Origin: an uncultured Chromatiaceae bacterium
GTDB lineage: Bacteria > Pseudomonadota > Gammaproteobacteria > Tenderiales > Tenderiaceae
NCBI GenBank assembly: GCA_945787785.1
Contig: CALZIO010000005.1
Coordinates: 26,921-90,920 of the forward strand
Direction: 5' to 3'
DNA length: 64,000 nt
The notes beneath the pieces are model-generated. The model made no database searches. It saw nothing but the letters and a program-made list of their open reading frames with translations, and was not told where the DNA came from. Positions 53,912 through 61,860 of this stretch are shown piece after piece; the stretch's first letter is position 1, and each line of letters opens with the position of its first letter. The position numbers and the translations under genes are program-made.

Positions 53912-54451
53912 ATGAATAGGGCGTGGCAATGGATTGTAACGCTGATAGTCATAGTCGGGCTGTTCGGTTGTAGTCAGTCGCAACAGCCGACTGATAATCT
54001 CAAATTGGGGGAGCCTTTCCCTGCTATCAGTATGCAGCGCCTGGATGGCGCGAATGCCGATTCTATCAAAAGCTATCAGGGCAAATTGGTGGTGCTAAAT
54101 ATCTGGGCGACCTGGTGTGAGCCGTGCCGGCGCGAAATGCCCAATCTGCAACAGTTAAGTGATTCGCTGGATTTTGAACGCTTTGCCGTAATTGGCTTGG
54201 CGCAGGATGAGGACGACCATCTGGTGCGTGAATATCTGATCGATAAAGATGTCCAATTTGCCAGTTATATCGATTCTGGTGGTGTGATTGCTACAGATCA
54301 GCTCGGTATCCAGCTTTTTCCTTACACATTACTGATTGCGCCTGATGGCCGCTTGATTCAGCGTATCCCCGGTCCGCGTGAATGGCAGCGCCAGGAAGTG
54401 ATTGATTTACTTGAAAACGCGTTCGCGGGTGATTATGCCGGTCTGCAGTAA
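53912..54451 (+). CDS. TlpA-like periplasmic thioredoxin-fold lipoprotein
   Basis: Lipobox GLFGCSQ. WATWCEPCRREMP active site. Confidence 0.85.
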   Translation: MNRAWQWIVTLIVIVGLFGCSQSQQPTDNLKLGEPFPAISMQRLDGANADSIKSYQGKLVVLNIWATWCEPCRREMPNLQQLSDSLDFERFAVIGLAQDEDDHLVREYLIDKDVQFASYIDSGGVIATDQLGIQLFPYTLLIAPDGRLIQRIPGPREWQRQEVIDLLENAFAGDYAGLQ

Positions 54452-54533
54452 TACGCAATAGGTTGGCGGCGACACTGGCGGCCTGGAATGCTAAAATCGG
54501 CAAAGATTTTTTATAGCAAATTATTAATGGACG

Positions 54534-54863
54534 GTGAAGATGATGATTGCAAAAAATACGATTGGACTGCTTGCCCTGCTTGTTGTTTCCAGTGGGTTAA
54601 TTTTTAGTGCTAGCGCTCAGGCTGCTGACCCGCGTAATGGGGCTATCATTTATAGTAAACATTGCTCCAGTTGTCATGGCCCTAAGGGTCAAGGTGCCAT
54701 GCCAGGCATGCCGGATTTTACCCGTCCGCAGAGCTTGGCAGTTGCCGATGATAAGCTGGTCCAGGTGCTTGAAACAGGCGCGGGCATGATGCCGTCTTAT
54801 CGCGGTCTGCTGACGACTCAGGATATGCTTGATGTGATCTCGCATATCAGAACCTTTCAGTAA
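54534..54863 (+). CDS. Monohaem class I cytochrome c
   Basis: Signal peptide. CSSCHGPKGQG. Distal Met context GAGMMPSY. 109 aa, GTG start. Confidence 0.88.
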   Translation: MKMMIAKNTIGLLALLVVSSGLIFSASAQAADPRNGAIIYSKHCSSCHGPKGQGAMPGMPDFTRPQSLAVADDKLVQVLETGAGMMPSYRGLLTTQDMLDVISHIRTFQ

Positions 54864-54865
54864 TA

Positions 54866-55993
54866 ATGCGAAATTTGCTGTTATTGCTAGCTGCCTTTGT
54901 GGTAGTGGGATGCTCTGACCCGCAAGAGTCGCAGAGCGATTCTACTGCCCTGATAAAAGAGGTGGCTGAGGTAGAAGACCCCTGGAAGGTGATCGATGCC
55001 TTTGAAGTAGGGCGTGAAGTTTATGTCCGCTCTCTGGCGCTAGAGCCTAAGGCGAATACTATTTGGGTCGGGACCAGTGTTGGTGTGCATGAAGTCGCGC
55101 TTGCTGATCAATCGCCGCTTAATACCTTTACTCGCGCTGATGGCCTGGCCAATGAGTATGTCTTTTCCATCTTTGTTGATCATGATGGCTACAAATGGTT
55201 TGGTACCAATGGGGGTGGTAGTTCGCGTTATAAAGACGGCGATTGGCAGGTGTTTTTCCCTATGCACGGTCTGGCGGATTACTGGATCTACAGCTTTAGT
55301 CAGCAAGCGGATGGCAAAGTCTGGATAGGTACCTGGGCTGGAGCCAATCTTTGGGATCCTGCTACGGGAGAATTCAAAACTTATTTCGATGAACTGGTCA
55401 ATGAGTGGGTTTACGGTATCGGGGTCGACTCCAAACAGCGGGTTTGGTTTGGCACCGAAGGTGGCGTTTCCATGTTTGATGGCCAAAATTGGCAGGCCTG
55501 GACGCACAAAGAAGGGTTGGGTGCCAGTAATGATGAACATTTACCAATCAGTTTGAATACTGGTTTAGGCACTCGTTCACGTCATGACTTGAATGTGGTG
55601 TCGGAAGGTCAAATGACCTATAACCCCAACTACATTTTTTGCATTCATGTGGATAAAAACGACCAGGTCTGGGCTGGCACCTGGGGTGGTGGTGTGAGTC
55701 GTTTTGATGGCGAGCAGTGGCACAACTACAGCATCAAGGATGGCCTGGCTGGCAACGTGGTCTACAGCATTGCTGAAGCGGACGATGGAACTTTCTGGTT
55801 TGGTACCAACCGGGGCCTAAGTCGTTTTGATGGTGAACGCTGGCACAGCTATGGCCGTCAAGACGGGCTGTTGTCGGAACATGTTTACGCGATCGCCTTG
55901 TTGCCAGGTGACGAGGTGTGGGCGGGTACCCGTGGTGGTGTAACCCGCTTTGGCCGCGGCGAGACAGAACAAGATTCAGGTGAAGACCAATGA
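54866..55993 (+). CDS. Periplasmic lipoprotein made of two-component-regulator-propeller (Reg_prop) repeats
   Basis: Lipobox VVVGCSD. About 7 repeats of the type VW(F/A/I)GT.GG(V/L)SRFDG..W..Y. Confidence 0.8.
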   Translation: MRNLLLLLAAFVVVGCSDPQESQSDSTALIKEVAEVEDPWKVIDAFEVGREVYVRSLALEPKANTIWVGTSVGVHEVALADQSPLNTFTRADGLANEYVFSIFVDHDGYKWFGTNGGGSSRYKDGDWQVFFPMHGLADYWIYSFSQQADGKVWIGTWAGANLWDPATGEFKTYFDELVNEWVYGIGVDSKQRVWFGTEGGVSMFDGQNWQAWTHKEGLGASNDEHLPISLNTGLGTRSRHDLNVVSEGQMTYNPNYIFCIHVDKNDQVWAGTWGGGVSRFDGEQWHNYSIKDGLAGNVVYSIAEADDGTFWFGTNRGLSRFDGERWHSYGRQDGLLSEHVYAIALLPGDEVWAGTRGGVTRFGRGETEQDSGEDQ

Positions 55994-57231
55994 AGTTCAA
56001 TCCATTATTTCTAGCGCTTGGCGTGCTAGCGAGTGCCGCAATTATTGTCGGCGCTTTTCAATTGGGCCAGCAAGGCAGTGAACCTTCTGTGGCAAAACAG
56101 GATGCTTCAGCTACTGTCCCTGTGCCGGCATCCCAAACCCAGCAGCCACAACAACCAGTGCCGTTGGTTTCTGACGAAGTACACTCGCCAGCCGCTGGAC
56201 CACGCTTCAGTCATTTCAGAGTGGGTAATCGGAATGTCAAAAGCATTTTTGCGGATGGTAATTATGTTTGGGTGGGCACCTCGGGTGGTGTGATTCGCTA
56301 CGACACGGAATCGGATGACTATGAGCTCTTCAATAACAAGAATTCTGGTCTGCTATCCAACGGAATATTCCATATCAGCCGACTTGATCGAAAGATGGTC
56401 GTCGGAACCTACGGTGGCGGAATGGCATTGTTTGATATGGACGCCAATACCTGGCAGACCATTAATATCCCCCAAGGCCTGGCGGATCAGTTTGTCTACG
56501 ACGTGTTAAAAGTCGCTAATGGTGATGTCTGGATAGCGACTTGGTCCGGCGCCAACCTGGTGCGAAATGGCGAGTTTGATAATCCCGATGCATGGGAGAC
56601 CTTTACAGTGGAAAATACCAATGGTGGCTTGCCTAATCCATGGGTCTATGGCGTTGAAGAAGGCGTTAATGGTGATATGTGGTTTGCAACCGAAGCAGGG
56701 TTAGCGCTTTACAAAGATGGTCAGTGGCAGAATTGGCAGCATGAGGACGGTCTTGGTGCGCCTTTCGAAATCGTGGAAAAGGCTATCCAGTTCAAGAGTG
56801 ACCCAGGCCAGGCATCTAAGCATCATGCCCGCCAAAAAGATGAGCAAGGGCTGCAAAATGTTAATGTTGCCTATAATCCGAATTATGTAATCTCGCTGCA
56901 GGTACAAAAGGACGGCACTGTTTGGGCCGGCACTTGGGGTGCTGGGTTAGCGCGTTTCAAGGATGGTAAGTGGAAGTATTACACCTCCTTTGAAGGTTTG
57001 CCGGCTAACCACATCTTCATGCTTTATCTCGACCCTGAAGAGAATCTCTGGATAGGAACCAGCAAAGGCCTGGCGCTGCTTGATCGTGACACGGATACAT
57101 TTTCGATCAAAACTATGAATGACGGACTGTATGCTGAAAATGTATTTTCCATGACCAACGGTCAGCATGGTGATTTGTGGATTGGCAGTTTTGGCGGTGT
57201 GGCTCATATCGAGCATGGTTGGAATAAGTAA
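55990..57231 (+). CDS. Membrane-anchored Reg_prop-repeat beta-propeller protein (paralogue)
   Basis: N-terminal TM. Gln/Pro linker. Reg_prop-type repeats (VWVGTSGGVIRYD, VWIATWSGANLV, MWFATEAGLALYKDGQWQNW, VWAGTWGAGLARFKDGKWKYY, LWIGTSKGLALLD, LWIGSFGGVAHI). ATGA overlap with the upstream gene. Confidence 0.8.
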   Translation: MKFNPLFLALGVLASAAIIVGAFQLGQQGSEPSVAKQDASATVPVPASQTQQPQQPVPLVSDEVHSPAAGPRFSHFRVGNRNVKSIFADGNYVWVGTSGGVIRYDTESDDYELFNNKNSGLLSNGIFHISRLDRKMVVGTYGGGMALFDMDANTWQTINIPQGLADQFVYDVLKVANGDVWIATWSGANLVRNGEFDNPDAWETFTVENTNGGLPNPWVYGVEEGVNGDMWFATEAGLALYKDGQWQNWQHEDGLGAPFEIVEKAIQFKSDPGQASKHHARQKDEQGLQNVNVAYNPNYVISLQVQKDGTVWAGTWGAGLARFKDGKWKYYTSFEGLPANHIFMLYLDPEENLWIGTSKGLALLDRDTDTFSIKTMNDGLYAENVFSMTNGQHGDLWIGSFGGVAHIEHGWNK

Positions 57232-57251
57232 CAGTCTGACCCGGTGATCAT

Positions 57252-59714
57252 GTGAAGAGTTTGGGAACACGTCTGGCCCTGATTCTTTCCTCTGTATTAT
57301 TAGTACTGGTGGTTGTGGCAGGTGTATTGATCGAGCGACAGCTAACACGCGCCATTTACAATGAAGAAATCGATCAGGCGACCAGCCATGCCCAGACGCT
57401 GCTTTCCAGTCTGCGAATTCTGATGTTGAATGGCCAGGGTGTGCTGGCACGGGAATGGCTCGATAGCATGCATGGCGCACCGGGTGTCGTCGATATAGAA
57501 GTGTTACGGCGCGATGGAACGGAAGCTTTTTCAGATCTTTCCACAGTTGATCAAGTCAATAATTTTCTCGGTGACGTAGTATTTGAGCGTGAACCGAGCC
57601 CGCCAAGCCATATAGCCATGCCCAAAGAGGGTGCCTTAGAGATTGCACTCAAAGGCGAAGTCTCTTTGGATTTGCGTTTTCCTGAAGAAATCACCGTGCT
57701 CCAGCCTATCAAGGCTGATACTGAATGCCTCACTTGTCATGGCTATGATATGAATTCGTTACGTGGTGTACTAAAGTTGACCTTGTCGCGTGAAAAGGCC
57801 CTGGCACGTATTGATGCAATGCGTGTCAGCCTCTGGGCCATAGCTGCATTATTGGTATTGATTATTGCGGTCACTGTGCTGGTTGTGTTGCGTGCCAGTG
57901 TGCTAAATCCAATTAATCGCTTAAAAGATGCCATCGTTCAGGTAGGTGCTGGTGAGCGTCATGTTGAGCTACCCCAGCAGTGGCGCGATGAGCTTGGGCA
58001 GGTTGCTTCGGTGTTCAGTCAAATGCAGGAAGACCTTGTCGCAAACGAGACACGCATTCATGCCGTCACAGAGAATGCCTTCGATGCCATTATTACCGCG
58101 GATGAACATGGTATTATTGATACGATTAACCATGCAGTTGAAAAAATGTTTGCTTATGAGCCGGGTGAACTGATTGGACAAAACGTTTCTATCTTGATGC
58201 CTGAGCCATACAGCCAAGAGCATGACCGTTATATCAGTAAATATTTGATGACTGGCAAAGGCCGGTTGATCAATAATCGCGCCGAAGTAGTGGCACAGCG
58301 TAAGGATGGTTCTACTTTCCCACTTGAAATCGCCTTGAGTGAGATGTTTATCGGTGAGCGGCGTTATTATGTTGCAGTCGGGCGTGATGTGACTGAAAAA
58401 AAACGTCAGACAGCAGCCTTACAGCATCAGGCACTGCATGATGCCTTGACCGAATTACCCAATCGCACCTTGCTATCTGATCGTATACGTCAAAGTATCC
58501 TGTTGGCGCAACGCGAGCATCACCATTTGGCACTGCTGGTGATGGACCTGGATCGCTTCAAGGATATTAACGATACCTTGGGGCATCAGTACGGTGATCA
58601 GGTGTTGCAACACGTGTCCGAGCGTATGCGTGGTTGCTTGCGTGAATCGGATACTATTGCCCGCCTGGGGGGTGATGAGTTCGCGATTCTATTGCCCAAC
58701 ACAGCCTTGGATCAGGCCAAGTCCATTGCAGATAAAATTTTACACGCCATAGAAGAGCCTTTTCTGATAGGCGACCAGATACTGCATATTAGTGGCAGTA
58801 TTGGTATTACGCTTTATCCTCAGCATGGTGAAGATGAGGTTACCTTGTTACAGCGTGCCGATGTTGCCATGTACGTAGCCAAACGCGAGCATCGTGGTTC
58901 AACTATCTATGATCCATCAGCGGATCAGCATAGCTTGCGTAATCTTGCTTTATTGGGCGAGCTGCGTGGTGCAATCGAGCATGATCAGTTACTACTCCAT
59001 TTTCAACCTAAAGTTGATCTCAGTAATGGCAAGGTTTATGGCGTCGAATCGCTGGTGCGTTGGCAGCACCCCGAGCATGGCATGATGTATCCCGATGAGT
59101 TTGTGCCATTAGCAGAGCAGACGGGATTGATAGCGCCCTTGAGTCTTTGGGCCTTAAGGTCGGCCTTGAGTACCTGCCGTCATTATCGTGCTGATGATAT
59201 GGAGCTGGATATAGCGGTGAATCTTTCGGTGCGCAATCTGCAGGATTCAAATTTTCCTAACAAGGTGGCGAGTCTGGTGGATGAGCTTTGTGGTGATGCT
59301 GGCCGGCTGCGGCTTGAGATTACCGAGACTGCAATCATGGCTGATCCCGGCCGGGCACTCGAAGTGCTGAATCGCCTTAGCGCCATGGGAATCAAGTTAT
59401 CAATTGACGATTTTGGTACCGGCTATTCCTCGTTGGCCCATCTAAAACAGATGCCCGTGGATGAACTTAAAATTGATAAATCATTTGTTATCGGAATGCT
59501 AGATGATGAGAATGATGCAATGATAGTGCGTTCGGTAATTGACCTGGCCCACAACATTGGAATTAAAGTGGTGGCAGAGGGGGTAGAGAATCAACAGGTT
59601 TACGACAAACTGAAAGAAATAGGTTGCGACGCAGTGCAGGGTTATTACATGTGTCCGCCAGTGACAGCCGATGATTTGATTGAGTGGGTTAGGTGTTCGC
59701 CCTGGCGTATTTAA
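57252..59714 (+). CDS. Membrane c-di-GMP turnover protein: periplasmic CXXCH sensor loop - HAMP - PAS - GGDEF - EAL
   Basis: TM1 (res 8-27). Periplasmic loop of about 165 aa with a single CLTCH (res 159-163). TM2. HAMP. PAS (NAFDAIITADEHGII...). GGDEF (RLGGDEFAIL). EAL (LEITETAIM...DDFGTGYSSL...KIDKSF). GTG start. Confidence 0.88.
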   Translation: MKSLGTRLALILSSVLLVLVVVAGVLIERQLTRAIYNEEIDQATSHAQTLLSSLRILMLNGQGVLAREWLDSMHGAPGVVDIEVLRRDGTEAFSDLSTVDQVNNFLGDVVFEREPSPPSHIAMPKEGALEIALKGEVSLDLRFPEEITVLQPIKADTECLTCHGYDMNSLRGVLKLTLSREKALARIDAMRVSLWAIAALLVLIIAVTVLVVLRASVLNPINRLKDAIVQVGAGERHVELPQQWRDELGQVASVFSQMQEDLVANETRIHAVTENAFDAIITADEHGIIDTINHAVEKMFAYEPGELIGQNVSILMPEPYSQEHDRYISKYLMTGKGRLINNRAEVVAQRKDGSTFPLEIALSEMFIGERRYYVAVGRDVTEKKRQTAALQHQALHDALTELPNRTLLSDRIRQSILLAQREHHHLALLVMDLDRFKDINDTLGHQYGDQVLQHVSERMRGCLRESDTIARLGGDEFAILLPNTALDQAKSIADKILHAIEEPFLIGDQILHISGSIGITLYPQHGEDEVTLLQRADVAMYVAKREHRGSTIYDPSADQHSLRNLALLGELRGAIEHDQLLLHFQPKVDLSNGKVYGVESLVRWQHPEHGMMYPDEFVPLAEQTGLIAPLSLWALRSALSTCRHYRADDMELDIAVNLSVRNLQDSNFPNKVASLVDELCGDAGRLRLEITETAIMADPGRALEVLNRLSAMGIKLSIDDFGTGYSSLAHLKQMPVDELKIDKSFVIGMLDDENDAMIVRSVIDLAHNIGIKVVAEGVENQQVYDKLKEIGCDAVQGYYMCPPVTADDLIEWVRCSPWRI

Positions 59715-59887
59715 AGAGCCTCTGAACAAGTCTATGGTATCTCTGCGGAGCCTGAAACGTGCAGCTGCACGGCGTGCTTCGCAGCGAATGGCCGTAGTCC
59801 TTTGCAAGAAGCACAACACCGCAGCTGTGCGTTTCAGGCCCGCTCTGCAAGCCAGAGGTATCATAGACTTGTTCAGAGGCTCCTTAA
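59711..59887. repeat. 177-bp highly palindromic element exactly filling the gap between convergent stop codons (MITE/REP-like, probable bidirectional terminator)
   Basis: 35-bp terminal inverted repeats TTAAAGAGCCTCTGAACAAGTCTATGGTATCTCTG / CAGAGGTATCATAGACTTGTTCAGAGGCTCCTTAA (3 mismatches). Second tier GCCTGAAACGTGCAGCTGC / GCAGCTGTGCGTTTCAGGC. Third tier GTGCTTC/GAAGCAC. Confidence 0.75.
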
Positions 59888-60967
59888 TTATTCCGAGCTG
59901 GTGTCATCCTCAACTAAAGATATCGGTTTGTAGATATCCACCTTCCGAAAAAACTGATCGGCAATATAGACCCGGCCTTGTTCATCGACGTCAACCCCAG
60001 CGGGCAGCATATAATTGCCAGGTTTGCTCGACTGACCACGCTGGCCGATGACCATGAGTAATTCACCGGCCGGATTGAAGATCTGAACATTGCCAAAGGC
60101 AGTGTCGACAACATAGATATTGCCATCTCTGTCGGTGCTAATTCCTTTGGGGCTGAAAAACTGGCCGGGATAACGGCCAATAGTGCCAAAACTAAGTTTG
60201 TGGTTACCCTCTTGATCAAAGGCCTGGACGCGAAAGTTGCCTTTATCTACTACATAAACAGTGCCATCATCGGCGGTGCTGACTTGCAGGGGTAAATTGA
60301 ATTGGCCCGCTTCACTGCCGCGTTCTCCTATGGTGCTGATATGTTCACCGCTTTGGGCATCAAAGATATACAGGTGATGTTCCTGGTTATCTACGCCACC
60401 TGTATCAATGACATACACCTTGCTACCATCATTTGACACACTTAAACCGGCGGGGCGTTTAAAATAGTCCTGTCCACCAATAAAGCGCAAGAAGTTACCT
60501 TCCAGGTCGTATACTGCCACGCGCCGGGCACTCACATCGGCTACAAACACTTCGCCCTGGCTTGAGATATCAATACCGGTTGGCTTAACAAGTTGCCCAG
60601 GTTTTTCTCTGCCAAATTCTTTATATTGACTGTTATTAAGATCAAACATGATGATGGCGCGTAATACTGTATCGGTGACATAAACACGGCCCTGATAGGC
60701 AGCTACGCCATAAGGTTTTACTAGTCCCTTGATATCGTCAACGGTACCAGTGGCATAGCGGCGTAGTTTATTGCTTGCCGTGAGTGGTGCGACATTGGTG
60801 TTGTAACGTAATGAGCGTTCGAAAATGAAGCGTGGTTGATCCGGTGGCGCCGGGAACACGGGGGGTTCAAAGGCCTCTTTCGGTGGTGCGCTGCTGCAGG
60901 CCGCCAGTAAAATTGGCAGCAGCAACACGACAATATGATGTAACTTTCTATTTATTTTATGTGACAT
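59888..60967 (-). CDS. NHL-repeat beta-propeller lipoprotein
   Basis: Lipobox LLAACSS. Six NHL repeats (VYVTDTVLRAIIMFD, VFVADVSARRVAVYD, VYVIDTGG..., VYVVDKGNFRVQAFD, IYVVDTAFGNVQIFN, VYIADQFFRKVDIY). Confidence 0.88.
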   Translation of the reverse strand: MSHKINRKLHHIVVLLLPILLAACSSAPPKEAFEPPVFPAPPDQPRFIFERSLRYNTNVAPLTASNKLRRYATGTVDDIKGLVKPYGVAAYQGRVYVTDTVLRAIIMFDLNNSQYKEFGREKPGQLVKPTGIDISSQGEVFVADVSARRVAVYDLEGNFLRFIGGQDYFKRPAGLSVSNDGSKVYVIDTGGVDNQEHHLYIFDAQSGEHISTIGERGSEAGQFNLPLQVSTADDGTVYVVDKGNFRVQAFDQEGNHKLSFGTIGRYPGQFFSPKGISTDRDGNIYVVDTAFGNVQIFNPAGELLMVIGQRGQSSKPGNYMLPAGVDVDEQGRVYIADQFFRKVDIYKPISLVEDDTSSE

Positions 60968-61698
60968 GTTTCACACAGCCGCTCGGCGCCTGTTCTCAGT
61001 AACAGGTTGACGTCGGGGTTGTGAACATTATGGCAGGTGGCGCACTCCACTTTGTTGTCGTAGATTTTGACGCCATTGTCAAAACCATATTCGTGATCAA
61101 CTGGACGAAAATCACGATCCTTGTGGTTGAGCCCTGCATATTCCATCGAGATAGGATGGTCGTTTTGAAGGTCTGTGCCAATGTGTTTGATTTCGATGCT
61201 GTGGGCTGCAACGCCGTTGTGACATTTGCCGCAGTTCATCAGACTGTTGCCGCCATTCAGGCGTAAATGCAGTGAAGCATCTTCGCTGCTATTCCAAGTG
61301 TCTGGTTTAAATACTGTCATATCCACTCCCATGGTGCCATCGTGGCAAGAGAGACATAGCAGGCTGATCGGGCTGGGTGCTTTGACCTTATTATCGAGAG
61401 TGCGGGAATCATAAAGGTCGTAGGCTGTATCTACTGCGGGTGTGTAGCGATTCCAACCTGGGATGCCGCCAAGTTCAGTCGAATCGGCACCCTCCTTTTC
61501 AGGGGGTAAGTGACAATAGACACAGGGATTGCCGAAATCAGCAAAAGCGAGTCCAGGCATGGCAGTAACACCGGCCCTTTCATTGAGCCCGGTAAAATCG
61601 TGTTTGGAGCCCAGAATTGTACCGGCCTCGACAGACGCAGCTGCGACCATCATCAGGGCTGCCAAGCTAACAAAAGTTTTGGAAAAGTATTTCAACAC
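60952..61698 (-). CDS. Pentahaem c-type cytochrome (paired-CXXCH type)
   Basis: Signal peptide. 5 CXXCH (CVYCH, CLSCHDG, CGKCH, CATCH, CETCH). KHDF and DLQNDHPI blocks as in the operon cytochromes. Its last 16 nt overlap the start of the NHL gene. Confidence 0.88.
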   Translation of the reverse strand: MLKYFSKTFVSLAALMMVAAASVEAGTILGSKHDFTGLNERAGVTAMPGLAFADFGNPCVYCHLPPEKEGADSTELGGIPGWNRYTPAVDTAYDLYDSRTLDNKVKAPSPISLLCLSCHDGTMGVDMTVFKPDTWNSSEDASLHLRLNGGNSLMNCGKCHNGVAAHSIEIKHIGTDLQNDHPISMEYAGLNHKDRDFRPVDHEYGFDNGVKIYDNKVECATCHNVHNPDVNLLLRTGAERLCETCHIK

Positions 61699-61860
61699 AA
61701 ATGAGAACCATCATTGAACGACCAACTCTAACGGCTAAGCATACAAGGCCTGGCTTGGGTAGCGCAAACGATTATTTTAGTGGAAAATACTCTGCTCTTG
61801 AATAGCTTGTCTTGCTTTTGCCGCGGATTGGCTGCAAATGTTGGGACTGTAAGGCGATAA

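Noticed and set aside
59499-60051. ORFs 59499-59864 (-) and 59680-60051 (+)
   Set aside because: Both are read across the 177-bp palindrome and into the ends of strongly supported convergent genes. They are artefacts of the palindrome.
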